The translations under genes were made by a program, and so were the position numbers. The notes under the pieces were generated by a model, which saw only the letters and a program-made list of their open reading frames with translations, was not told where the DNA came from and did not search any database. Shown one piece after another: positions 23,273 to 36,013 of a stretch of DNA of 64,000 bases. The stretch is from Tubiluchus corallicola. Lineage: Eukaryota; Animalia; Priapulida. The stretch spans positions 81,169 to 145,168 of the forward strand of contig JAQGDQ010000435.1 in assembly GCA_030141605.1 (NCBI GenBank). The letters are read 5' to 3'. Every line of letters starts with the position of its first letter. Positions within the stretch are counted from its first letter, which is position 1.

Positions 23273-25771
23273 AGGGTTATTTTATTTCATAGTTTATATT
23301 GATTTATTCACAATGAATGTTCTGCCAAATGTGAAGTTTTAATTATGGTGATAGATTGTGAGTTATTATGCAAATTATTTTAATCTCGTGTGTTTACATT
23401 TTAATTTTAAGTTGTTCACAGATGACGACGACCTAACAGGGATAAAAGTCCTAGAAAATTATGTGGTAGATTTTAAATAAAATCAAGTTTTTGATCATTT
23501 TTGTAAAAACTACAGTAAATCTGTGTTTAAGTCATTTTTTTCGTCTGTTATTGAAACATTTAACGAAAGCATTTCATTATAGCTGTTCTGCAAACTCTGG
23601 GTGTTTGTAAGGTTTGTAAAGCAGCATTTTAAGCGTTTTCATACTTTAATAACACCGTTTACGTCCTTGTAAGTGTTTTCATTAGCAAAAGCAAAACTCA
23701 AAGTCACTAAAGTTGTACTCAAATTAAAAAACGACAAAGCATATCATACAGTGAGTTTCGTAAGTGCATACACTGCTTACAATAAGCCAATTAACAACTT
23801 ATTTTAACCGACTAATAAGCATGGCTACAAGCAAGGTATAGTTCTAGGGTTCTAGCTGAGAGGTGACATGGACTTTAGTAATAAAAGCACTTCGTATAGA
23901 AATAATTTAAAGAAAAGACTGAAGATCCATTATCAAATGGACCTATGTATTATGATGCTTCTATCCCTCCATTACTGTTTAAGTCCTAAAGGGCTGGGGA
24001 TGTTCAATGGCCTGCCACATGGGATCATTTTTTCAAGTTAACCAAAAGCAGATCCATTGGAGCACAGAAAATTCGTTTGTTTTTTTGGAAATCGCGTGCT
24101 GAAACTGTGCAAGCGCTATTGGTTTCAGCTCAGAGCATGAATAGTTTCAATAATGGACTTGATGAACACTGGATCTACACCTTTTGGTGCCTTTGCTTAT
24201 TGTAACATCCACGAGTAGGTTTGCTGTCACTGTTCCTGCCAAAATGATAATTTCTCTGATTTATAAGTTGTCGATACTTGCGGTTTTGGTGTGAAAAACG
24301 ATCAACCTAAAGTCCCAAAGACTAGCACTTGGCTGCAGAGATGTTATAAAAATTATGGTATTTCCATGTAAGGTGCATGTAGTGCATTACTGAAAGCCTA
24401 TTGCTTTTACTTTTGACTTTGAGCAGTCCACTCAAGGTCATCACCAACCAACTATTTGACAGAAACGCGAGTCTCATCCAGTAAGGTGAGTTCTTTATGT
24501 TTGCCTGCCCGACGAATTACAACTTTTGATTTTGTTGTTTTTAGTCAAATTTATTCTGTTTATTCACTGACTCACACTGCTCTGGCAAGCCTAAACTAAA
24601 ACCTAGGATTTTAAAATGATTAAATGTTAATTTCAAAATATTTACGAGATTGCTTTATGTAATATAAACAACATATTGTTGATAAATCCATTATTCCCGT
24701 CAGTTTTGTAGGGTTAAAAGATCTTGACTTGCCAGGTACAAATAACTTAACAAGCTTTAGGAAAAATGTAATTCACAAGTTAATAAATTAAAAGTTTATT
24801 TACTTAGTTAGATAATAAGTTAGCAAAAGCGAGTACAAAAGTAAATCATCACAGCTTTAAATTAAATCAACAACGCATTAAATTAATTTATGCATTTTAG
24901 GCATAAGAATTTGTTGATTTGTATATTTGCTTAACGAAGTTGAGAAAATTTTGCTGAATTTTACGCTTATGATCTGTACAGCTACTACAAATTGACATAA
25001 TCCTTTTTAAAATTTATGTCTTCCGAATAAATGCTGCTACTATAATTTAATGTCAGTTGTAATCCTTATTTTGGTCTCCAGGGACGGGGGGACAGAAGAT
25101 GAAAAACAAATGTATGCAATGGTAGGAAAACCACAATCTCAAAAATATGATGACATAAAATGATCTATTCACACTATCTATCAAAACATCATGATGCACT
25201 TATTTATCGAACGTGTCAATGTTTCAAAAGTTTAAAGCTTTTTAAAAGTTTTAAAATACTGAAAAATGAAGACCGGTTAAGGTTTAAAATCAAAGATTTT
25301 ATAAAACACTTGTTAAAAATAATTTAATTAATAGTCTTTGAGAACTATTTTTAACCTAGCAGCCCTGCTTTTATTAGTTTAATAAATAAGTAAGCTTAGT
25401 TGTCATGGCGCAGGATTCTGAAACATTCCCATGAACATGTTTAACTGCAATTAACTCTTTCGCAGCGTTCACTTTATAAATTAATGGTGTTACATTGAAT
25501 TCCCAAAGTATCCAGGCTGTTTAGTGGAAATAGTCTTTCGGTATCTAAGTACATCGATCTACGTCGCCACGTCACGTGACAAGCAAACGAAGCTTGTCAA
25601 TCCTGAGACAAACTTCAATAATTCATTATTTACAGCACCTATTTTGCCTCCGGGCACTATATATATATAAATGTCAACAGTATCTCGCCCGATTTTTTTT
25701 GCTTTCGCATTGTTTGCATGACTGAGGCTATTTGTTCAATTTCATTGTTCACTTTTGTTCATCTGTGTTCA

Positions 25772-26257
25772 CTATTTACACGTATACTCCTCAGTCCGCT
25801 GACTACATTCGTTACAATTCACGTAACAACACCAAATAAATTTACAGTTACATTGCCAAATTTTTGTGTATTGGTGGGTATTATAACCTCTCCCGCAGCA
25901 CAATAAGTCACACCCGTCAGGACCCTTAGATGTCCTGTTACACACCCTGCCAGTCGTGCCCAACGAGCCTTTTTCTAAGTCCCCTTCGCAGTAATTAGGA
26001 CTCTTGTCAATGTAGACGAGATCCCTCCGCCGCGGCTTCTTGTTGGGTCTTCGCGACCGGCGGAGCTTCAGGGTAAGCCCGGCGTACCGGGTCCGTCGCT
26101 CCGTGTGGACCACGACCCGGCGGCCCTTGTTGTATTTATCTTTGAGGATGGCCCCTATTCGACGGAAAGGAGCAAGAGTTGTCCAGCATGTTTTCATTGT
26201 GCAAGAACCAGACACGCCATGGCATTTGCACTCTGTCCCCATTGTATCTTTTACCAT
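25772..26257 (-). CDS. WNT7: Wnt7 exon 4 (last coding exon)
   Basis: [17 protein letters not shown]...[42 protein letters not shown], a Wnt7-type C-terminus; TTTCAG acceptor, phase 0. Confidence 0.97.
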   Translation of the reverse strand: MVKDTMGTECKCHGVSGSCTMKTCWTTLAPFRRIGAILKDKYNKGRRVVVHTERRTRYAGLTLKLRRSRRPNKKPRRRDLVYIDKSPNYCEGDLEKGSLGTTGRVCNRTSKGPDGCDLLCCGRGYNTHQYTKIWQCNCKFIWCCYVNCNECSQRTEEYTCK

Positions 26258-28687
26258 CTGAAATACATTAAACATGAATAGTTGTTTAATTGTAGCATCT
26301 ACAAAGAGTATTTACATATCGTTACAATAAAAATAGCGTTTGCACTCCATTCGATTTATATCCTTTATGCTATCTAAAACACAATAATCATGAATGATTG
26401 TATAATATTTATAGTGTTTTTGTGTAAACTTTATTACTATACTTCCAGTCTCGTCACGTCTAGTTTTGTGATAGGTGAATAAAAGGTGTATACAGTTTTT
26501 ATTCATTATCAATATAAAAAGTTGAAATACTCGTAAAACCCGGCCTTAAGCATTTTTGCTCTGCTTGACGAAGCTTTAGGATCCGACCAGTTATTAGTGT
26601 ATTTTGAGATTGATGTTGTCATTAAAAAACTCTTTATACGTCGTAGTAATTAATAAGCTGTGTTGATATTTCTTGATACACATACAGTTACGATACGTTT
26701 TTCTTTTTTATTGTTTGCATTACGCAGCACTTTCCGAAGATCGTTTTCGTTTGCTTTTCAGCCCATCTTCTCGCTTTTTTGGATCCTTTATTCTGTTAGT
26801 TTCTTTTAATTTTCCTTTCTTACTATCATACCAGCATCCCGGGCACAGCTGGCCAACTCTTTTTGAGTACTTTTCAATGTTTACGTCAACATGGCTTATC
26901 TCGCCGGCTATCTGCTCACGGCCACCATTTTCAAAACCTCGATGTAAAATCTCGCCAGGTTTTAATAGGTTTAGCGAAGTTAACATAACAAATCCCCCCA
27001 GGAGGACAATGCAGTGTTCTTTCACCTGTGCCGCGCTGATCATAGGGAGTTAGATCCGCACGAAAGATTACCAAAATGGTTATTCTAGTAGGATAAACAC
27101 GACCAAACGCCTTTATAATAACCTATAAGGGGCGCATCTAATCTTGACACAAACACTGCACACACAACAACTGTAATCTGGTCTTCCCCAGGGCGCCATA
27201 TTAGCACCGCATTTGTTTATTAAAGATAGAAGTAAATGCATTTTTTTCGTTTAATTCTGCTGGGTGGCTAGAACTCTTGGGTGTGCACAAATGTTCTTTG
27301 TATCCACCGTCTGTTCACACCTACGGAAAAGTTAATTTGAGGTAATTGTGTAATGGTTTGGAAGCCTTCGCCCATTTAAAGCTGCTGAATTCCTTAGATT
27401 ACAAACAACAAAGCAGCAATGAATAAATGAATAATGATATCTTACGGGAGGAACCTGGCTTGTCTTAAGCTACAAGCATAACATTGCTTCATTCCAGGAA
27501 GTTTTGCTATAGGTCTAATATTTCAATATTTTCAAACGACGTATGTCGGTTTAAAACACTTTTAAAGCAGAAACAAACAAAGTTCTAAGTCTGGCTGGCG
27601 CAAATTATTCAACAAAGAAGTAATAATTAGTCTAGCGGTTAGACTTCAAAACAGAAACTAAGACGCGACATGTACTTCTCTCTTAATAGCGACGCATGTT
27701 ATTGTTTTGTTTATTTGTAATTAATTAAGTACGTAAACATTGTTGTCAATTCACCAACGCTTTTGCTTTAAATTAGTACACATCAGTAAAGTACTGTGAC
27801 TGTAACACTTTATAGCATGCGTACGTTTACGTTCTCTTCCCGTTATTTCTATATTCATTTCAATTGTTTACCGGCAGCTAATTTTCATTTTTCGTAGCTT
27901 TATTATTAAACATTTAACGGCTTTAAAAAATTAGAAAGCTCTTCGTGAATCTAAAAAAACGGAAATCTTAAAGACAATAGCGTTCTCTACTTTTCACCAA
28001 TATTTCTCCTCAGCGGACACAGCTTCATTGCCGGCACAACTACAGATAAAAATGAATCATGCAGAACTAAAACTTTTTTAAACCAATCTGTTAAAACAAC
28101 CTGCTCTAATCCCGGCTACTCACGCGATTCTCACAAAAAATCCTCTTCCCACCTGCCCTAAATCGAAAATCAATAAACCCACCCAAAAGACGAAAATAAA
28201 GATTTCACTTTGTCCATCAATCGTTTGAATGCTGCTCCTTGTCAGGGCGGCAAGCCGATGTTACGTTGTCGTCCGATCACGGCAATTATCGATTGATAAA
28301 AAGTGGTCAAGGTGAGACCACCGGTAGAATGAATTTGAAGGAGAAATATTTTGCTTCGGTGATTAGATGAACACGAATATCGGCATGAATACTAATCGAT
28401 TTAGAGGTACCGCTGTTACAAAAAGTCATGTGATACTAGGGAACTCCATATTGAATGTAATATTGGTTTGAAAAAGGCCTGTAACTTGATATGGGCCAAT
28501 TAATAACTATTAATTTTTATTAGCTTAATTTACTAATACCAGTTAATTGCAAACCAGCAAACAGTAATAATTCATACTTTAAAGCAGCAAGCTTGTTCAC
28601 CAATATATTTGTCAGTGAATGCATTGGTCTGCGAAGTTCTTCACTCCCGAATCAATGAATTTTTATTTAAATCATTTTAATCTTTTA

Positions 28688-28762
28688 TTAAAGGAAAACA
28701 GGATGATTTTTCGTCTCTTTCCCATTTGGGAGTACGATGAAAAGTGTATATTTGAACACTTC

Positions 28763-28816
<54 letters not shown>

Positions 28817-29345
28817 CAAAGCGGTTCTGATAACTAAATAATAGGTCAAAAACTTCATTAACAGTGATGACTAGTGATGACATCACAACTGAACAAAATT
28901 TTTAACAGCGCAAACATTCCAAGAGTGTGTGGCACGTGTTCATGAAAGCGAAAATTAAAGTACGATGCTACTTTACAACATTCAGTATTGTCTTATACAA
29001 AAACTCGGCACATTTTAAGTTCGAAATACAGACTTTAAATTTGCCGCTGTGCTTACGTATGAGCTCACGAACGTGTGCACTACGTCACCTCTGAACTGAA
29101 AGGCACACCTCTTGTTTTTGTGCAACGCATTTTCTAGATGCAGGCGCGAGTGCTTATTTAACTATGAAATGGCGAAATACATATAAAAATGAAGAACTAG
29201 CCGCAACGCGATACACATTACGTTTCTGTGGTAATAATTCTTTCACGTAAGTCATTCTTGAAAGAATGGTATGCCTCATTTCAATATTTTACAGGATATG
29301 GATTGTATGACCTATAGTTTAAGATTGGGTCAGGTTACCTTTTAA
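28688..29345. mobile_element. Interspersed repeat copy 2 (Kolobok-like) containing an (AAT)n tract
   Basis: TTAAAGGAAAACAGGA left end; body homologous to 17040-17495; (AAT)n at 28763-28815. Confidence 0.7.
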
Positions 29346-31633
29346 AGTATACTGTTATTACTACTTAATTAGTTATTCCTACAGCAACTGTGAAAATTGT
29401 AGCAAATTTCGTGTTTCCCTGATCTAAGTGTTTTTTCCAGCGCAAGAAGCGCCAATTTTAAGTAGTTTTGCATTGTATCGGGGGGAAAATAATAAGAATA
29501 ATAAAGAAAGCAAGGTGATAAAATACTTCAAATGAAAATATTCTTTAAGTGGCAAAACTGACCTGTTGTAGACTCTTATTAGTTACTATTAATTTCGCTG
29601 TTGTATTTACTATAAGCTTTAGCGATGTGCCCACTCTCGATGCGTATTAATCCAAGTTCAAAAATGGCTCAAACTGGTCGTAAGTTTATAAATGGAAATA
29701 ATATAGAGTCGTCGGCGTTCCGCAAGGCTCGCTCTTGTTGCCGTGTTTATTTAATTCGCATTTGAGTTTTCGCCGTTGTTGTGGCGGCATTGTGTTTTCT
29801 ACTTGACTTGAGCGTACTTGAATGTCTTGCAGGCATTTAGCAGAGCAACCTTATAATTACTGCCAGTGCAAGATGGACCGTGAATAGACCAAGAACACCC
29901 AATTAGAGTTTAGCTAAGTTCAAGCGAATATGAAGAATTCACCTACAGTTACAGTAGTGTAGACTGTATACTTACTTTTGACTCTTTCCATTCAAAATTT
30001 CACTATAATAGACAGCTGCTGTCAAAAGCTTACATGGGTAACCTTACAATAATTTATTATAGGCAATGTATTAGAAGACTTTAATATATAACCATTTATT
30101 GCTAAAATCATACAAAAGTAAAAGTTGAAATCATTTTCCCGCAGACAATGAATGCGGCGAATAACAAAATTTAAAGGAGTTACTAAAAATTTTTGTTTAC
30201 GCAATGTAGCATAATTATACGCTTGTTTGTTATCAACAAAAAGCTATAGATCTAACTTTAATGTTATTGGTTTAAAACAACAATATCAACAGTAGGAAGT
30301 AGATAAAAAATAAGACGACAACGAAGAAGTTGATGATGACGGTATAACAATGATGAAGATGATGCTGAAGAAGATAGTTATGCGTATAGGCTACAGTAAT
30401 AATAGTGATGACAATAATCACTGCCACTGCCACTGCCACTGCCACTGCTCTGATTCGTCCAAAGATGATGACTAGATTAAAAAGACAATTATTAGTAATT
30501 ATTTTTTTATAATTTAATGTTTGTTTTGACTTTTTCTGCAGAGAGCATGTCTAAGCACACAGAAATTGGCCAGGACATGTATGAAGTCCACTGACAACGT
30601 TTTTGCTTCAAAAAGAAACTAGTTTTGTATGAAAAACAATAAGTATTGGTACTTAGCTCAAGTTGTGGTTTTTGAAGTCGTAATTTTTGTATTTTGGGTC
30701 AAACAGACACACAGTTACTACACATATTTTCAATACGGCTACAGTTGCCGCAGGTGCCTATCTTACCACTTAGTTTGCTTAGCAACAAAGTCTAAGCAAC
30801 TTCCGCTCATAGAAGGCCACACAGGCTTCAAAGCAGCGAAAAAAAGCATCTCTTTTATCTCTTCTGTGACACTTTAAATGCTGTTTTTCTGGTAAATCCA
30901 TCTTATCTGAGCTTTTTAAAGTTTTAGCTGACATAACGACGTCCTATTCAAACGCGCACGCGCGGGAAGGTTTGCGTGCACGCTAATACGATTTTGATGT
31001 ATTTACAAAGAATTAGTCTCACAAGAAGGTGTCTTTAAAGAAAGTGTTAACACCTGTGCTATTCCACCGAGTCAGCTTTCTTCATAAATGCGATTACAAC
31101 ATTTAAGTTCATGATGCTGATAATTCTTAAAGATTTTTATCAATGCCATCGTTCAGCTAAATTTCCTTGTATAAATATCATTACACACACTGTATTTTTG
31201 TTACTTTAGTGGGAAAGGGAATTTTAAAGTATGTCTAAAAAATTTCCATACAAAGTTGTGTTACTTGGCATTACGCTTACCGGTTTGAAAAAGATATGTT
31301 ATCGAATAATAAAATTCTTAATAAGTCAAAGTATCTGCGCCCGTAGGTCAAACGTCACTGTTTCACTATCCCAGTTTGCACAAAAGTGTCGCAGGCTCAC
31401 CAAGAATAAATTATTAATCTTGCTGATAGGATAATGTTAGCGATGTGTGCGTTACCAATGATCTGATTGTTTTGAGAACTTTACACAAAGTTATCCAAAC
31501 ATGTTCCAAACGACAAAGATGGCCGCGTCTAACGGTCATCACTGTGTTTAAATTTACAAGTTTAATACAAGGTCTGTGCACAGTAAGACAATACGTATGT
31601 TACGAAATTTCAAGCCGAATTTTTTTCATTACC

Positions 31634-31815
31634 GGTCACTTGGGCAGTCGACACTTGGGCAGCAGACATTTCGGCAGTGGTAGTACCTGGGGACAGTGAA
31701 CATTTGGGTAGTAGGATATTTTGGCAGTGGACATTATGAGCAGTAGCCAAGTACCCAATGTCCAAGTGCCGCTGACCAAGTGTTCAAAACCCAAATATTC
31801 ACTGTTCGAATGACC
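31634..31815. mobile_element. Small foldback/MITE built of 15-bp subrepeats
   Basis: GGTCA...TGACC ends; tandem GACACTTGGGCAGTN units on the left and inverted copies on the right. Confidence 0.6.
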
Positions 31816-32004
31816 TAAAATTATTTTTAACTTTATGTAAGTAATGAGCTTTCTTGTCCCTTTACGCTGGAAATAGTAATTTTAAATTATATTTCCTCAA
31901 AATACCCGAAGGGTCGTACAGAAGGTTTACTTGTATCAGGGTGACGTAGGAAGGTCACGTAGTCATTTCTACGCAGTTCTGCAATAAAACGAAATATCAC
32001 ACAA

Positions 32005-32786
32005 CTTTAGACCACTTTAGACCTGCAATATACTAATGATATTGCATGGACAGCAAGAACCAAAGATGAAATAGATGATATGAAAATCAAAATAGAAACA
32101 AAATTAAAAGAAATTGACCTCATATTAAATAAAGATAAAACAGAAGAGTACCACATAAAAAGGAATGGTGATGATGCGTAGGGAAAAGGCAAATACTTAG
32201 GCAGTCTTCTAGCAACAGATGAAGATATATCAGGAAGAAATATCTTAGCATCACAGCATATTCAAAATTAGCAAAAAAATTTGAAAGTAAAAGCCTCAGT
32301 CTAGAAACAAAATTAAGAATCTTTGCTGCACTTGTGGAAACTGTGTTTCTCAGCAATTCAGAATTGTGGACAATCAAACCACATGACAAACCAGAAATCG
32401 GTGCATTTCAAAGATGAATAAGGAATAAAGAGGAATAAAATGACCAAAGAAAATATCGAACCAGGATTTGTATAATAAAGTCAAGACAGGGGGAAGGTCA
32501 GTTAAAATAAAAAGGGGAACACTAAGACGGATAGAACATGTTATACGACTACAAAAAGAGAGTCCATTAAAATTAGCTTTCAAAGAAGCACTGCAGAAAG
32601 AAAAGAAACCACAAAGAGGACAACTGCTGACTTACGTTAATTTGATACAGAAAGATCCTGTCAACGCGCCATTAGATATCAAAAATACAAAGACATGGGA
32701 AACTGCGAATGACAGAGCATCATGGTCTAAAGTGATTACAAAGGTCATGTCCGATGACGTGTAACTTCAGAGATGATGATGATGAT
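32005..32786 (+). mobile_element. 5'-truncated, decayed RTE-like LINE (RT C-terminal part)
   Basis: LDLQYTNDIAW (degenerate YADD), LNKDKTE, KYLGSLL, KLRIFAALVETVFL..SELW, W...ANDRASW, then a (GAT)n tail; stops and frameshifts present. Confidence 0.85.
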
Positions 32787-34928
32787 GGCGTCGTTTCTAA
32801 CTGTCATATTAAGTCTATATTAAGTTTTATTAGTTTTTGCACAGTCTCAATGTTTGCTTCAGCTCTGTTACAGCCAAATAGAACTAAAAAGGTGAAAAAA
32901 GCTAAAAAAATTCATATTCATTGTCAAAAGGGCTTTAAGAGGTCTACTTCAATATCAGCGGTGCATTTAACTCTCCCACACTTCAGGACCATCTGCAACT
33001 ACTATATCTGACTTTACTTCTTAATTTTCTCACTTAAATAGCAACACCAGTCTGGATCAGACGTCACGCGCTTTGCCGTTTGTCTGCTAATGCGAACAAA
33101 ATGCCCATAATAATGTAGTCTCAATGATGCGGCCGACTGTTAACAGCCCATCGCTTCTTTTCAAAGAAAATTTAATTAAACTCACTGAATTTTAAATGGA
33201 TTATTCGCCAAAGCTCAAAGAAGGAATGTTGCTCAAGTATTTTTGAAGTGGATGTCGGCACAGTGCTCGCGGCCGTTTGTGGTAGATCAAGCTCTAGGCG
33301 GTGCGCCGCTTCTTTGAAACTGTCCTTCTCGGGGGCAACAGTTCCGCAACTTTTTTTCGTAAGCTCCGATTCAACTATACGAAATGGTAACAAAGCGTAG
33401 GTTTTATGAACTAAACGAAACTTGCTTCTTCCAGAATAGCCACTTTAGTTATTAGAGTCCAACGAATTTGCATACCCGTACTAATAAAGTTGAGATTTTA
33501 TTATAGTGTAGCAGTCTGCCATTTGTCTGTCTTCTCGGGCCGCAGTTTTATAAAAATTCTCAAATCTCATATTCTCTCTTGAATGTCTTCTAAAAGCGAT
33601 GGTGATTATTGTGATAACTTATTTTTAAGAAGCCTCTGGAAAGCCTATTTCTTTGGCGGGCAGACCTAACATTTGCTGTAGCGATCTAACTCGAAACTTA
33701 GAGTTCAACTCGTACTTTGATACTGATAACCTTTATTTGAATGACTTCAAACCTTACATGCACCTAGCTTAAAGCAAGTAAGATTTATGCCCATTATTCA
33801 AATAATATGGGCCTACATCCTAAGCTAAGCCGAATCACACGGGTTAAGTGAAATTCATTTCCGGTTCAACTTGGTTACCTTCCAGGGCCTTCCTTACTAA
33901 TTTATTCTCGTAAGACATTTGCTGATTCTATTTATGTCTAATAACGAGAGCAATAGCTACTTTGCAGACGAAATTTACCAGGATTAAAGGCGCCATGCGT
34001 TGTACTGAGCCCCAGTGTCATCTGATTTTATTGCTTCCCTAACAAAAATGATTCATTACCTTCTTATTGATTCGTATGCAGACAGAGTTATCAATAAAAA
34101 TTACGTAAAGTTTCATTATTACTGCGTGTAAGCCGGACTAATTAAAAAAGAAAAAAGTTAAAAAGCACCGCCCTTTATTTCTGCTTCGCGTTTTTAGTCG
34201 ACTGAATGATAAATCATTTTCATTTCATGTTTGTGTCCAAGACTTCCTACTTGTCCTTTATCTTCGTTCTTAACATTAAACACACCGCCCTTTAATCATT
34301 TCATTTCATTAAAAATACATGAATGTTTTTTATCCAAACAGCCTAAATTATAATACATTGCTAAGACGGGTAACGCCTTCTAGCTGTTCTGGTTGAATTC
34401 CGCACCAGCTACTGTTTATTGCTCTTGCGTGATTACAGGTAAACCACTACAAGTAAATTTGGAAGTATTTCTCGAAAGTTTTGCATAACGAAAGGCCAAG
34501 AAAAGTGTTTCTGATATACGTGAGAGAAATTTGGCCCTACATTGTTAATTATTAATCTAGTTAACAGCTGTCTAATCTTTTCAAAATGTTCGCAACATCG
34601 ACTAATTAAAGGCCCGCTTTATTGTTTTACACGTTAAAAGAGAAAGCACTTAAAAACTAAAGTGTTATTGACAGTGGATGAAACTCTGGGCGAGAGGGAT
34701 TACAGGTGTTATAACAACAGTAATAAATTTGTTTATTTTAGCATTACGTCATAGGCCTGTCAACATACAAAATAGGCCTACTAGCAACATCCAAAATGCA
34801 GGACCTAATCAAATCATAATAAAAGATGGTTAATAAATTATGTACATTTAAAGGCAAGACATCATTAGAAGGTCACGTCAGGTCAAAAGCTCCCTTGTCT
34901 GAAGACAAGATGAACTTAATAAGCTTAC

Positions 34929-35197
34929 CTTTCTACCAGCTCGATTGTTGTGAAGATTCATTAATGACCGGGCATCTTTCTGAATTTCCCGTGCGTCAAG
35001 AAACTTCCGTGATAGTTTGACACCTTGCCGAATGTCGGCGCTGCACCCGCCCCATTTCCAGCCCTCAATGGCGTAGGCGCCCTCCTTAGTCTTATCACAT
35101 CCGCAGTTAGTCAAGTTACCCTGACTGCAGGCCTGGGTCACGGAGTAGGTTACCCCCGCTGAGCTGATGGCATATGTGTATGCTGCTTCTTTACTAC
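34929..35197 (-). CDS. WNT7: Wnt7 exon 3
   Basis: [15 protein letters not shown]...[13 protein letters not shown]...[10 protein letters not shown]...[12 protein letters not shown]; AG/GTAAGC, phase 1-0. Confidence 0.97.
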
Positions 35198-35510
35198 CTG
35201 AAACATCAAAATGGCGACCAGGTATTAGTTAAGTGATACAAGACAGTTGTTTCTTTCTAAAACAGTAAGTACAATACGAACTTGTTCTAAAGTAACCGAA
35301 ATATAAGACTGCTATCGTTTAATTTTTGCTAAAATATTTAGGCTAATGTACAAGATAAAGCGCTATAATGCGAACGCTCAAGCGGTTTTAAAGCAGAGTT
35401 ATGCAAACCAAATCTGAACTAAAATACTGCAACTGAGTAGTACTCCTAATGGTTACGAAAAGCGTGTCCCTCTGAGTGAACATGTTTTACAATAGAAACC
35501 ATAATAGACC

Positions 35511-35522
35511 ATTATTACTTTA

Positions 35523-35563
<41 letters not shown>

Positions 35564-35573
35564 GCTATTATTA

Positions 35574-35623
<50 letters not shown>

Positions 35624-35632
35624 GTTATTATT
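35511..35632. repeat. (TTA)n microsatellite
   Basis: Directly visible. Confidence 0.97.
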
Positions 35633-35683
35633 AATTAGGCACAAAAATAAATATGTACATTTTATGAGTAAATGTAAACAGTA

Positions 35684-36013
35684 AAATTATACAGCCATGA
35701 TCAATACGAAGATTGTGTCTACCAATGTATGACAGCAAGGAATAAAATCCCCAAACAGATCACTGCCTGTCATCCATCCAGTAGTAGGCACATAGAACTA
35801 AAATAAAAATTACATGATAAAAAAATAAAATACATACATACATATGCATATACATATGTATGTATTTTATTTTTTTTTACCATGTAATTTTTATTTTAGT
35901 TCTATGTGCCTACTACTGGATGGATGACAGGCAGTGATCTGTTTGGGGATTTTATTCCTTGCTGTCATACATTGGTAGACACAATCTTCGTATTGATCAT
36001 GGCTGTATAATTT
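35684..36013. repeat. Near-perfect 330-bp palindrome (arms about 160 bp)
   Basis: AAATTATACAGCC...AAAATACATACATA mirrored around about 35848; one substitution and one A-run length difference between arms. Confidence 0.95.

Noticed and set aside
23880-24540. Possible LINE RT relic on the minus strand (similar hints at 11100-11700 and 55620-55850)
   Set aside because: Only isolated, weak motif resemblance.
33470-33720. Helentron/DINE-like hints (also 16200-16340, 36820-36860, 49850-50150 with TGACCT repeats)
   Set aside because: Termini and hairpins too degenerate to delimit.
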